NCBI GenBank assembly: GCA_021613535.1 | Contig: CP075497.1 | Coordinates: forward strand, 13,144,001 to 13,208,000 | Length of the DNA: 64,000 nucleotides | Source: Adineta vaga | Lineage: Eukaryota > Animalia > Rotifera | Reading direction: 5' to 3' | In this document: one piece after another, positions 19,760-31,469 of the stretch | Layout: each line of letters starts with the position of its first letter | Numbering within the stretch: the stretch's first letter is position 1 | Position numbers and translations under genes: made by a program | Notes under the pieces: model-generated | Told to the model about the DNA's origin: nothing | The model's input: the letters and a program-made list of their open reading frames with translations, nothing else | Databases searched by the model: none

Positions 19760-20585
19760 ATGAATACAAGACGTGTATCAATTGATCAGAATGAAGTAGA
19801 TTTTGTTCTGTCTGATGATAATACATGTAATTCAAATATTGAATCAACAAACATAAACAATCTCAATTTTCCATGGGCATTAATTAACGTAATTAAGATA
19901 TTTAAGAAAATTTGGCAACAAAGATCAAAGGAATTTTTCCAGCAACAATCAAAGTTTAATAAACATTTGCTATTTCCATATTATCTTCAACTTTTAGTGG
20001 TATTCCTCATTTCCATTGTCTTTGTTCCATATGGTCTCGAATCTCGATATGACGGTTATTATAGATATCCTCTGTTATTTACTTTTTTTCTTATTCAAGG
20101 TTTATTTGGTCTTTTTATTGTCTTAATTCATACGTGCTCAATTTTATTTTGGTAAATAAGTTTTGCATTTTATATTAATCAATCGATTTGAATTTATTCG
20201 AGTTTTTTCTAGTTGGACACCGTCAAAGATAGCAAATTTGTCGTTTGAACAGCGATTTATTATTCAAATTCTCATGGCTTCTGCTAATCTGATTACCATT
20301 TTTTGTATCATCTGGCTTTTTATTGGTCATGTTTGGGTCATATTAACAATGAAAGAGTATACCACAGGAAACAACAATAATCACCTGAGAGCAAGCATTT
20401 TATTCAGCATTATAGCATTTATAGTTCAATATGCTGTCGGTATTTGGTGCCTTTATTCTTGGATTCAAAATAATTCACAAATTCTACATCGAACAAACGA
20501 ATATATTAAATCTTCCAATAGAAAAGAAACAACCATACATGAAAAAGTTGCTAATCGAAAAATTGATGTTTTGATCCATATTTAA
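19760..20585 (+). CDS. multi-pass membrane protein of unknown function, 2 exons (intron ~20152-20211)
   Basis: Two ORFs with about 4 hydrophobic helices, joinable by a GT...AG intron. Confidence 0.6.
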
Positions 20586-21156
20586 TTTATCAATTTTTTT
20601 AAAAAAAAACTTTTGTTTATTCATCACAAACTAATCCAATTAGTTAGTTTTATTAGATAGAAACTTATTCATATAGATTTTTTTTAACATGTTCAAGTGT
20701 AAAAGAAACTTTTATTTATTATTTCTTCTTTGATCAAATCGTATTTTAATTACATTTATTTTTATTGTCATACCAGTTGAAGATATGTCTCGATAATAAA
20801 TTTCTTCTTCTCTCTAACTACAATCTGCTCATTCCATGATTATAGTTTCGATGCATATTATTGGATATCTGAGAATATTCTTAGAAACTGTCGTTCCTAA
20901 CCACGTAATAATACATTTGACTGTAATGATTTGACCATTTTGAGTAATAATGTAAGATTATTTTTGTCGAATAAAATTTTCGCACGAGAAACTTTTAAAA
21001 TCAATAGAAAGTTAGCGAAAAGTTGTTTATTAACATCGATGAATATGAATGTGTCTCAACAGCGAAGGAGTGGAGCAGATAATGGCGTTGCCAGGGAAAG
21101 GCAAACGAGTAACTGTCAACTCCATGTTGAGGCTTGTCTACTAAACTTTCAGCATT

Positions 21157-21216
21157 TTGAAGGGGTGGGTGTGGGTATCAGTGAATACAAGAGACCCACA
21201 CACACACACTCACACC
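21157..21216. repeat. telomeric-hexamer hairpin element
   Basis: ttgaaggggtgggtgtgggt-atcagtgaatacaagag-acccacacacacacactcacacc. Confidence 0.8.
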
Positions 21217-22005
21217 ATACTGTCATCCTCACCTTTACATATGAAGCTAACAGAAAGATCGCCGAATTTCCAAGTCATTCTAGACCAATGAACATTATTT
21301 ATTATAAATATTATCTTACAGGACAAAAAGTAGACAGTTATATTGCTTTTTTTAAACATATTAACAATATCCACCACCACCCAAAGCACCTAGTTCTGCA
21401 TCAAGAAACGGATGAGACATTGTGTTGATCTTTGTTTGATAATCGTCGAATGAAATAATAAAAATGTTATTAACGAGAAACGTTACTCATTGTATTTATA
21501 TATTTATTGCGCGTATGAGATGAGTATATAAAAAGAACATCACAAAACGCCCATTAACTCATTCTCTCTTTGACGTCACGAACGTATACGTCATATCGAC
21601 TGTTTCTAAAGTTTACCATTGGCGTATTTTACTTTTGATACATAGTACATTCTCAACTTGGAAAAGATCCGTATATTTTTTTACTGTTGAGGAAGATATC
21701 AGTTGTTATCGTTTTGTCGTATGCCATACATCATTCACCTCGTTTGGCGTTTGTTGCTGAAACAAAGGACCTTGAGACACTCGAATACCATTTAGTATCA
21801 ACTGTGCCTCTTGTGTTCAATCGAAACTATTCTATAATCCTAGATAACACGCTTTTTCATCCTGTTAATAATGATCAATTCAAATATTCAATGTCTTATT
21901 AATTGAACTCGGGCGAAGTTTTTCCTCATTTGTCGTTTTTGATTTTTCGATTAAATATCTTTATTATACAACTTGAATGAATTTTAAATTGCCTTATCAA
22001 GAAAA

Positions 22006-22069
22006 TGTGGGTGCGGGAGAGGGTGAGATTAATGTGTAAATATACTATCCTCACCCACACTCTCAAGAT
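22006..22069. repeat. telomeric-hexamer hairpin element
   Basis: tgtgggtgcgggagagggtgag...cctcacccacactctcaagat. Confidence 0.8.
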
Positions 22070-22186
22070 GAATGATAATTGTTGATAAAACTGATCTCTA
22101 TGTTGTATTTTGGTTCATCTACATTTATTATTAAATAAAAATATAGTTAAATTTTTCACTAAATTAATCAATAAAAAATGAATATC

Positions 22187-22459
22187 TTATTTCTCAGGAT
22201 GAAATAAATAGTGTACAAAGAGTTTAGCAAATTGATATGTGGGACTATTCGCTAGAGGATTTAAATCTACATATTCATAGTTATAATGAACTGGTTTGGG
22301 CGCAGAAGCAATTGCATGTGCTGAGTGATGTTGATGAACATAACCACGAGCATTTCTATGATATGGTTCGTTATTGTGATTGATATGATTGTTCATTCGA
22401 TTATGAACTTGCTGTAAATGCTGAGCAGTTCTAGTATGCATTCCAGTTGGGTTGCTCAT
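22187..22459 (-). CDS. small His/Asn-rich protein (90 aa)
   Basis: Clean ATG-TAA ORF with higher GC than its flanks, followed downstream by a hairpin element. Confidence 0.5.
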   Translation of the reverse strand: MSNPTGMHTRTAQHLQQVHNRMNNHINHNNEPYHRNARGYVHQHHSAHAIASAPKPVHYNYEYVDLNPLANSPTYQFAKLFVHYLFHPEK

Positions 22460-22912
22460 TTTGAATGTTGTTATGAAGAAAAATAACCAATATAGTGAAT
22501 GTATTTTTTTCTAATGATAGAAAGTTTCTGTATTATATATAAATATTTCTTGTGAAAATCATTGATGAGAAGCATTGAAGCGTGAAAAAAAAAATACATA
22601 CGAATGATTTCATCAATTTTTTACTAGTTAGTTCTCAACAAAAAAAGTATTCATTACGTTTGTGAACAATTGGGAAAAGGCAACAACAATGATGATGTTA
22701 ACTGGTTCTTTTCATATTGATACTTTGTTTAAGTTTATTCAAATATAGTAATGAAAATAAAGAGTATAGGCAGTCTCACGAACGATAAGTGATGGATTCT
22801 ATCAAGATTGTACATGCAAATATAAAAATAACAATCATCTACATTTACTTTTTACAGAAAACGAATAAATAGATACACAGAACAAGAGAGAAAATACAGC
22901 TTCTGATTTAAA

Positions 22913-23160
22913 ATCAAATTTCATCGAAATAACACTGTATCAAATGGGCTGATATGGTTTGAATAGTGCTTTTTCATCTTAATAATATATATCTTGATTA
23001 CAATATATCTGAAGGTACATTGAACAAAAAGAGTTAGATAATTATACATATCGAATAAAGTTTATCTTATTTTCAATTCATACTTTGCATCAGCACTACC
23101 ACCACAACAACCAAGGCAAACCAGAACACCTATGACAATGAGAACGTTATGCCGCCACTA
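22913..23160 (-). pseudogene. decayed direct duplicate of positions ~1-270
   Basis: Alignable by eye (atcgaaataacactgtatcaaatggg, gtacattgaacaaaaagag, atgacaatgagaac), with a deletion in the coding tail. Confidence 0.75.
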
Positions 23161-23621
23161 CTATGTCTTCCATGAAAGTCATCAAACAAAAGGACAACTA
23201 AGAAAACCTATTGAAGTTTTTTATTAGTATAACGTATTCAAACTTACCAATCAACAATGTACGAGAGTCATGTGATGCAGTCAATGCACATTTAGATTGT
23301 GAGTTGTCTTTTACAAATTAATCACTTTATACACCTTTTTACGACACATAATCTGTGTGTTGTATCGTACCATCAAAATCCTGAGAATGAGGATGCTTGA
23401 CATACTGGAATTAATTAACATACATATCTATATTCTCGGCTTCTGACGGAGAGAAAAAGATTGATTCAATTAAGCAGTCATTTTTAAATCCTACTATTAA
23501 TGTTCGACGCAGCCAAGAATAAATGGGAAACGCATCTGAAACCGAACAATTCGTATGTTCTTTCTTCTTGATTCAGACGTTTTCATACTGGTTAAGCTTC
23601 AGATAAACTATCATTGAGATT

Positions 23622-23716
23622 TGTGTGTGTGTGTGTGTGTGTGAATGATATAAGAGTGAAGGCGAAAGCGGGCGAAAAGAACCAGAAATGATTAAAAAAT
23701 TTTCTCACACACTCCG
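23622..23716. repeat. hairpin element whose left arm is a (TG)11 microsatellite
   Basis: (tg)n-ataagagtgaaggcgaaagcggg-...ctcacacactcc; spacer matches the 497-566 element. Confidence 0.65.
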
Positions 23717-23896
23717 CAACGAAAGTCCATACTCTCACCCAAAATTTCAAATGAGCCTTCACTGATATTTTTTTACCCTTGACTCTGACACTAACACAAA
23801 CCGACAGACAGACAGACAGACAAACTGGTTTTTTTTTTCATATGATCCTCCCTACAGTCGAGGGAACATGAAATTATCTAAAGAAAAACGGAAGGG

Positions 23897-24223
23897 TGAG
23901 GGTGTGAGTTGAAATTAGTTAATAAAGAATTATAACTATTAATCTATAGGACTTGTGTACGTAGAAATTCTCTTAAAAATTCAATAAGGAAGTATTTTTA
24001 CGTTGTCTTTATTTAACACAGGAGAAAATCGGATAGTTGAATTGGTAGAATAGCCGACCGGTTTTTGGAAGATGTACGTTCGGGTCCTGCTCTAATTTTA
24101 TGATGCTTGTTCAATAAGTTTTCCGTACTTATTGAATTTTCAAGAGAATTTCTATGTGGACAAGTCCCATAGATTAATAGTTAGAATTCTTTACATTAAC
24201 TAATTTAAACTCACACCCTCAAG
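23897..24223. mobile_element. ~330-bp foldback/MITE-like element with ~90-bp inverted arms and the hairpin-family termini
   Basis: 23897-23988 is the imperfect reverse complement of 24128-24221; ends are tgagggtgtgag...ctcacaccctcaag. Confidence 0.85.
24027..24098 (+). pseudogene. degenerate tRNA-like sequence inside the foldback element
   Basis: A-box-like tagttgaattggtaga and B-box-like gttcgggtcc at tRNA spacing; cloverleaf stems pair with about one mismatch each. Confidence 0.65.
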
Positions 24224-24401
24224 TTTAAAACTCTTTTCGACTTCTACGTGTACGACTATTAGCACAGATTATCGATTGAATTATGTATTTCATATCGGTA
24301 AATCATTAGCAGTCAATTTCGAAAAAAAAAAATTCAAACAAAAAACTGATATGAATTAGTCACAATCAATAATACCAGCAATGATACACACTAGAAAATT
24401 A

Positions 24402-26987
24402 TCATTCTCCTAATAAATTAAAATAACGCATTCCCCAATAACTTATTAAGAAAGGAGTTGGATCTGTTTCCAAAAATCCATCACCACTATCCAAATCGTA
24501 GACATCATACTTTATATCAATGGTTCGTTCATCAGGAGGTAACATTTTTAACGAACGAAGTGCTCTCTCCGTATCACATTCAGCAGGTACGTTACGTTGG
24601 ACATCCAATCGATCACTATTGAATTGTGGCCAGTTGACAAGTTCCAATGGCCAACGTTGCATATACCATATTCCATCCTTTGACAATGAATTGCAATCAA
24701 ATTCAGGAGAAGATCTACGAATTCTTTTGAATAAATGTCGAGTTTGATTAACTTGACCAGTAGCATAACAATAGATGAAGTTATAAAATGGTGATTTGTC
24801 CATTTGTTTGTATTTATGTGCTAGATCTAATCCAATCATCATATATTCCAATAGTTTATCACTAACTAATTGTGCATGTTTCTTCTGTGTCATAGATAAA
24901 GTAGACGTTGAAGTAAGTTTGTTGATTGCAGAAACTAAATTAAAATAGGACAAATAAGCCAACTGATCATTCCAAAATTTAACTTGACAAACTGCAATTA
25001 TTTTTTGATTAATGATATTAACATCATAACGATAAGTTTCAATAAGAAGTTTAGTAGCATTAAGAAAACGTTCATCACCACTGTAAGCATATGTTTGAAT
25101 TAGAAAAGCCAATATTTCGAGACTACCAAGACCCCGCTCATCTACATAGTCAACATCACTGTTTATATCTAATGGATTCCAAACACCCCTCTGAGTACCA
25201 TTCACGCCTTCCAAATACCAGTCATGAGTTAAAATATGATTAGTGAGATTGAATAGCAACATGTAAGCTCTTTGACGTTCATCCTCATTACTAGCCAACA
25301 AATCATGTACTAATGGATAAACAAATTCATGTCCAACAGCCTCATCAGATGAAGTATCACCCTCGTATTGAAGAGTTGGATAAACAGGAGACAAATACCA
25401 TTTATGCGGAGCAGGAGGAACATCAGTGCGTTTAGCAATTGAACGAGCAGGATAACCAGAAATACCAGTGACTTTATGAAGAAGTTCCAATACTTCAAAA
25501 TGAGTCCAGGCAGATGCTTTGACTGTGACGTCTTGAGTTACTCTATAGCGAAAGATTTGACTACTTAAATACATTGATGTCCGTAGACCATCATTGTCAT
25601 CTGCTTCTTTGACACAAGTACGACTATCTCCCCATGATGACATACGACAACTCGATACCAAATTATATTTTTCATGTCTACCTGTTTGGTTAAAGAAGTC
25701 TTGAAAATGTTTTGCTTTTTGTGCCAACGTCCACATCTGAAAGTAAAGTATAGCTAAGCCTTTACTGGTGACTGCTACTGCAGTACTGCCTAGAGTAGTG
25801 GGTGCGTTACTTTCACGACTCAATACAGCCAATGAAACTACATTGACCAATGAATCGCGATTAGGCATATATCGGGCACTATTAAATACACGCCAAGCAT
25901 TTATATCAGTATCGTTAGGATCAAAGCGTATCATTCCACGAATAGTACCTAACCAAACTCGACTATCAGGTAATGTTGAATGACTCACACCCAACGTAGT
26001 AATATTAGCAAATGGTAAATGACCAATATCTGATCCGGGATTGGAAATTTGTCCTGCTAATCTAGAAAAAAACCAACGTGCACACCCTGTCGACATGATA
26101 ACTGGCGAAAGAAGAGTAATGCCAGTTTCTTGTCCTATCCATAACTTATCTTGACCATTATTATATACTAATGAAGTGATAGGTGCATCAATGAGTCCAG
26201 TAATCAGTTCCAAACGCCAATTTTCATCATCATCAGCGTCATATGAATAAATCCAGAGTTTAGTTTGTGTGCCAATAAAAACTGTCTTATGTTGTGAACT
26301 CCATGCTAGAGAAGAAACAGATTCATTAATTTCATTAATGTAAGAATGAATAATAAATGTTGAAAGATCTAGTCCATGCAATCCTGTATTAGTAGCAATG
26401 TATAACCATCCTGCTGTTCCCAGATCATCTATAAATAAACCAGTTGCAAGGTTGGAAATATTTGCTAAGACAGAAGGAAATGCGATGCTTTTTATAATTC
26501 TACACGAAGTTGCATCCGATTGATTGCATAAAATAAATTGTATACGTTCTACGGAGATGAGAGCAGCTGTGTAAACCATAGCAGTAGTTTTATTATGCGA
26601 AACAACTAAAATGCTTTTAATGTCAATCTTGGGTAAAACTATAGAAGTATTATTGTCCGACAAAGACATCCAAGACATTTGTAATGTTTCAACTGTTGAA
26701 TTAGTACTTCGAGTCAATAACCAAAAACTTTGAGCAGCTTGATCAAAATAGTGTGGCAATGAAACAACTTGATATACATTTTGAATAGTAGTGAGTACTG
26801 GCCAAGCAGTAGATTCATTGGCAAATGGTGCAAATAAATAACGTTTAGCTATGACCTGTTCATATTCGATATCTGGGATGCTTGTCGGTAATATCTGATG
26901 AGCATCAGCCAGAGATTTGTTTTTTCCTAAAAATTGACCATTGACTATTATTGTGTAGAGAAAGAACCAAACGAATGTTGACCACAT
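24402..26987 (-). CDS. intronless secreted protein (861 aa), predicted beta-propeller plus alpha-helical catalytic-like domain; HGT candidate (copy A)
   Basis: Signal peptide; propeller-like LWIG/VWLGT repeats; DNDGL and GDTSSDE motifs; near-identical inverted paralog at 52887-55478. Confidence 0.85.
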   Translation of the reverse strand: MWSTFVWFFLYTIIVNGQFLGKNKSLADAHQILPTSIPDIEYEQVIAKRYLFAPFANESTAWPVLTTIQNVYQVVSLPHYFDQAAQSFWLLTRSTNSTVETLQMSWMSLSDNNTSIVLPKIDIKSILVVSHNKTTAMVYTAALISVERIQFILCNQSDATSCRIIKSIAFPSVLANISNLATGLFIDDLGTAGWLYIATNTGLHGLDLSTFIIHSYINEINESVSSLAWSSQHKTVFIGTQTKLWIYSYDADDDENWRLELITGLIDAPITSLVYNNGQDKLWIGQETGITLLSPVIMSTGCARWFFSRLAGQISNPGSDIGHLPFANITTLGVSHSTLPDSRVWLGTIRGMIRFDPNDTDINAWRVFNSARYMPNRDSLVNVVSLAVLSRESNAPTTLGSTAVAVTSKGLAILYFQMWTLAQKAKHFQDFFNQTGRHEKYNLVSSCRMSSWGDSRTCVKEADDNDGLRTSMYLSSQIFRYRVTQDVTVKASAWTHFEVLELLHKVTGISGYPARSIAKRTDVPPAPHKWYLSPVYPTLQYEGDTSSDEAVGHEFVYPLVHDLLASNEDERQRAYMLLFNLTNHILTHDWYLEGVNGTQRGVWNPLDINSDVDYVDERGLGSLEILAFLIQTYAYSGDERFLNATKLLIETYRYDVNIINQKIIAVCQVKFWNDQLAYLSYFNLVSAINKLTSTSTLSMTQKKHAQLVSDKLLEYMMIGLDLAHKYKQMDKSPFYNFIYCYATGQVNQTRHLFKRIRRSSPEFDCNSLSKDGIWYMQRWPLELVNWPQFNSDRLDVQRNVPAECDTERALRSLKMLPPDERTIDIKYDVYDLDSGDGFLETDPTPFLISYWGMRYFNLLGE

Positions 26988-27361
26988 TATACCACGTTAG
27001 AATAAAAAAATGTTTTGTAGAGGTAAGAAAAATAACTTATATACAATATAGTTACAGGTGAGAACGACACAAAGTAACGATATCATAAATATACATTAGA
27101 TTAGTTAAAAAGTAAGTTAAAACATGTGATACTGTGAAGCTTCTTTTTCAAAATACAACTATTTTATGTCGTTAAAAGACATTTTATGAAAAATTTGAAA
27201 GGCATCATAACCTAGTAGCAAGAAATTGCTTTTGAATATCATATAATCAAGTTTAAAACAGATCTGTCGTATGTTATCATTAGTAGTGTCAAACTTAAGA
27301 AACTTGAATTTAATCATTCATTTAGTCATTTCAACTATCCGCTGAACACACCCTTCGAGGC

Positions 27362-27412
27362 AGGGTGTGTGTGTAGGTATATCTTCTTTACTCACACCCA
27401 CACCCTCAAGAT
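27362..27412. repeat. telomeric-hexamer hairpin element at a duplication breakpoint
   Basis: agggtgtgtgtgtaggt-atatcttctttact-cacacccacaccctcaagat; homology to GPCR copy 1 begins at about 27411, right after ctcaag. Confidence 0.9.
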
Positions 27413-27421
27413 GAATAGTTT

Positions 27422-28754
27422 TTATTTAAATAGTAATTTAAATAATTCTTGACGAAATATTTTTCCTGTAAGTGTATAAACAAAAAACATTATTGAATTA
27501 TTAATATATGTTATTAAAATACTAATTTGTGCTATAAAATTTTCAATTTCTTGTCGTTCTAAAGATTTGTCTGTATAAACTGTTAAAGAAGAATAAAATT
27601 TATAAAAACCCATTGGTGAACTGAATACAATAAGAATTCCAACCTGAAAAAAAAATAAATGCGGAAACGTCCGATTTTATCCGAGAGTTATGTGTACTGC
27701 AAAAAGTGTATGAGAGAGAGATGAACCATTCTAGGATGTCTACGCATCAGAATTACCACGAGAAATTTTTCGATGAGTAAGATTTCTGATGACTCATTTT
27801 TGAATGAATTTTTTGCGTTTGGATCTATAAAAGATCTATGATATATCTTCGAACTCGACCAAGATATTCATCAGACAATTATGTACACAAAAGTTTCAGC
27901 TTAGTCAAATGTAGTTGTGAAGACTTCTTGTGTAAACGGACAGACCGATCATAGTAATTTAATCACTTTTTGAGTACACATAAGAAAATATTTGTTTAAC
28001 TTACTTGAACAAATAACATTGTCATTATTTGTAGATCTTGTTTTCGTTTTTTTGTTAAAGAAATATTCTTTTGCATGATATATTTTCCATTCAATTTTAA
28101 TTGAATATTTGCAATTTTAACTTGTTGTCGACTTTTTTGAATATTTTTTAATGTTAAATAACCAAAAAGAATCATTAAACAAATTGGAATTGTTGTATAA
28201 AAAATCATTAAAAAAAGTCCATCAATAATTTGACATTCAACTGAGATTGTATAACATGATGCGACTGTATTGACATTTCCATTATTAAAACAATAAATTG
28301 TTTCACCAAAAATGAAACATCCAGAAAAAATGACCATTGAAATTGTTTTATAAACTGTCTTTTGATTACAAAGATTTCGAAATGAAACAGATGTTGATGA
28401 ACTACAAAATCGATCAAAACATCCAAGTGTTATAAACCATGATGTACAATAAAGACAAAGATATGAAAGAAAATATCGAATTTTACATAAGATTGACGAA
28501 GATGAAGTATAATCAAGATTAAAACCATTTAATAAACGACTCATTAAACCAATATAAAGTGCCAATAGACTAACTATTGTTGTTGATAATAAATATTGAA
28601 CACAAGAATTTTTTCGTAAAGTTTTTCGAGTAAAAACAAGAATATTAATTATATTTCCAAATGTACCAAATATAAGAAGTGGAATTGGAAAAAAACGATT
28701 AAAAGTAGATGAATAATATGTCCAATATGATATCGAAGTTGTATTAATAGACAT
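27422..28754 (-). CDS. rhodopsin-class (7TM) GPCR, 2 exons (28754-28005, 27643-27422), intact copy 2
   Basis: GTFGNII (TM1), CKIRYF, FDRF (DRY-like), FFVYTLTGKIFR (TM7/helix 8); phase-0 GT-AG intron. Confidence 0.9.
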
Positions 28755-29175
28755 TTTTTATTTCTATTTCTATGTTTTCTGTGAAAATGTATCAATTGAA
28801 TAGATAAACAAAACCTTTCGTTCTCTTTAGAATTTTCTTAGTTTAAATGAAGGAAACTAAGAAACGTCAATGAGTTATCTTTTCTTTAACCTCACGACAT
28901 GATTTCATCATGATTAACAATCACGTTACTGTAGATGTGTGTAGAAATCTTTTGAATTGAAAGTTATTATAATCAAAAAAATGAAGAGAAAGATAAGATG
29001 ACAAATGCGCTTATTAGAAGATAGTATTATTGTCTAGTACATTCTTTATTTTTTTTTTCAATAAATTTATTTATTCGACGAAGAAAATGCGCATTTTCAT
29101 TAAGACAAAAATTTACTTATCCGTACTGAGGATAACACTTTCATAGTAAAAAACAATCATCTATTTCAATTTAAA

Positions 29176-29990
29176 TTATTTCCCAAAAAAAGCTTTTCTT
29201 TTGTCATTCGACGCAATAAATCTTGACATTATTTGATGTGAATCAGTGTCGTCGAGCTTTTGTTTGTAAATATGTGCTATCAAACAATGATTAAGCTGTG
29301 ACTATGTCATAAAACTTCGAAGCACAGTTTTTAACTGATTCGATGCACTAAACTCACGTTCAGCAGTTGCTGTAGTTACAGGAACAGTTAAATAAAGTTG
29401 AATTCATTTATCAAATTTTCTGAATATTTGTTTTATTTTCATCTGATTCGTGTTAATTGCAGATCGAAGAAAATCATAAATCATGTATACTTCAGCTCTC
29501 AACTTTTGAATATCTATATCATCATCACAAAATTCTATTATCTCTTGTATAAGGTCATCTGGATTATGAACTGGAGTATTGGATACATTAAGGATAAATT
29601 TCTCAACACTACATAACAATATCAAGTGCTTCACAAGTAGTAAAAGTAGACATTTTAGCTGTAGACAATATTTCAGTATTTTCATGTTGTGAACTTGTTG
29701 GAACATTACTTAAGTTTACTAATGCAATTTCTTCTGTTGAAAGATATAATGCTGTAACTTTTGATTTTACTGAGCAAAAATCTAGAATTGATCCATCAGA
29801 TCGTTTCAATGTCATAAACTGATTATTATCTAAATTATTGATCTGATAAAGTAGAAATACTTCTTTATAGTTGGTTTTGTTGTCTCTTAACCGCATGAGC
29901 CTATGATCGATCCAGTTCACATATCAACCAGTGTAAACAATATAATAAATCACTCTCATTTCACGTTGCATTTCTAGAACTTTTATCATA
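29176..29990 (-). mobile_element. hAT-superfamily transposase relic (C-terminal dimerisation domain)
   Basis: Minus-strand translation IQLYLTVPVTTATAEREFSASNQLKTVLRSFMT*SQLNHCLIAHI, interrupted by stops; the 5' boundary is approximate. Confidence 0.8.
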
Positions 29991-30515
29991 ATATAGAGCT
30001 AATGACACAAAAATACCTCTCATTGGTACTAAAATAACGTTCGGTCTATTCTATTGATTTACTGTACATATAAATATTTCAACATAAGTATATTTTTCAG
30101 AACATCACATAATTCTTCGGAACCACAGTTAGAAGATGTTAAGTTGATAATCGAAGATAAATGACATCGAAATTCGAAGTTTCTCTGAATTTTCAATACT
30201 TTTAATATTTTTAGTTCAGTTACTGGTTAGAGAGATAGAAGATTATGTTATTCAGCTTGACAATCAATCAGACGAAAAAAGATTAAATGAGCTATACCTG
30301 ATAACATTGACTACAGCTGTGTTGCATTCTTATACGCGTCATTGCTGTCAAGCTTGACGATCAAAGATGAGAAAATTCATTCAAGGAAAATATGGCAAGA
30401 AATGAATGAATTCCAAAAGTATAGTGTATTCATTGAATAAATGAAATGAGTATATTTGATATTTTATTTCTTCGTCGACTATCATCATTTGACTAAATCG
30501 AATGATATATGAATG

Positions 30516-31469
30516 TCATTGAACAGTAGCAACAGTTGCTACCTGTACTCTGTTTCGATTAAAAGTAATAACATTAATTGTATTCCGTCGTCGCATTCTA
30601 ATAATACTCTTGATTTTATTTAGCAACTCAGGTAATGCACCAAGACATATAACTGGTAATAGAAGAGGAATAAAATAGGCAGCGAACTGCATTGTTTCCA
30701 ATTGGTCCGACATAAATGAAGGATCGAAAGTAATTTGAATGAATAGTGTAATTGTTACAGGTAACCAAAACCCCATGTAGAGTGATGAAATCATCCACAG
30801 TTGAAATACCATCTTACCATGACGTCGCCAATTAACTGCTTGTTGTCGAGATATTTTTCGATAGATGACTCGAATAACTAGCATTACATTAGCGAACATA
30901 ATAATCACTACGGGAAGGAGAAGATTAAAAATAAAATCAAACTGGTTTAAAACCTTTTCGTCATAGTAACATGGAAATCCACAAAGAAATAAATTATAAT
31001 CCCATAACGTTATACAAAGTGGACTGATTACAATTAGGATAAAGAAAAATAACGGTGCCCAAATCAAACAAAAAGTAATAGGAAGAAAATGGCACAGCCA
31101 TTTTTTCCATCGAACTTGAAGAATTGTACGCGCATGGAAAATGAGTAAATGTCGTTCGATAGAAATCCATGCCATTAAAAATAATCCCATACTATTTATT
31201 GAGAACTCGTACCATGTCCACCAGACACAATATGCATTTGTTGGTGGCCAAATGGAATTCGAATAATAATAACTCATTGGCATGGGGAGATTGAAAAGGA
31301 GTTGAAAGAAATTGATCGTAAGTAGAATGAACCAGCCATGATTTTTGAGTTTTGAACAAACAGGACGATTGGCAAGAAAATAAACAAAGATAAGAATCGA
31401 TAGAATGATTGCTATAATGTCAAAAACCACCATCAAAATAAATCTAATCAGACGATCCATAATTAACAT
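30516..31469 (-). CDS. intronless rhodopsin-class GPCR (317 aa)
   Basis: Seven hydrophobic segments; WPPTNAYCVWW and AWISIERH motifs. Confidence 0.9.
   Translation of the reverse strand: MLIMDRLIRFILMVVFDIIAIILSILIFVYFLANRPVCSKLKNHGWFILLTINFFQLLFNLPMPMSYYYSNSIWPPTNAYCVWWTWYEFSINSMGLFLMAWISIERHLLIFHARTILQVRWKKWLCHFLPITFCLIWAPLFFFILIVISPLCITLWDYNLFLCGFPCYYDEKVLNQFDFIFNLLLPVVIIMFANVMLVIRVIYRKISRQQAVNWRRHGKMVFQLWMISSLYMGFWLPVTITLFIQITFDPSFMSDQLETMQFAAYFIPLLLPVICLGALPELLNKIKSIIRMRRRNTINVITFNRNRVQVATVATVQ

Noticed and set aside
24027-24098. Functional tRNA gene
   Set aside because: Every stem has a mismatch and the anticodon loop lacks U33 and purine 37, so it is treated as a pseudo-tRNA.
24520-25983. 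Antisense and alternate-frame ORFs conserved in both copies of the 860-aa gene
   Set aside because: Their conservation follows trivially from the near-identity of the duplicates.
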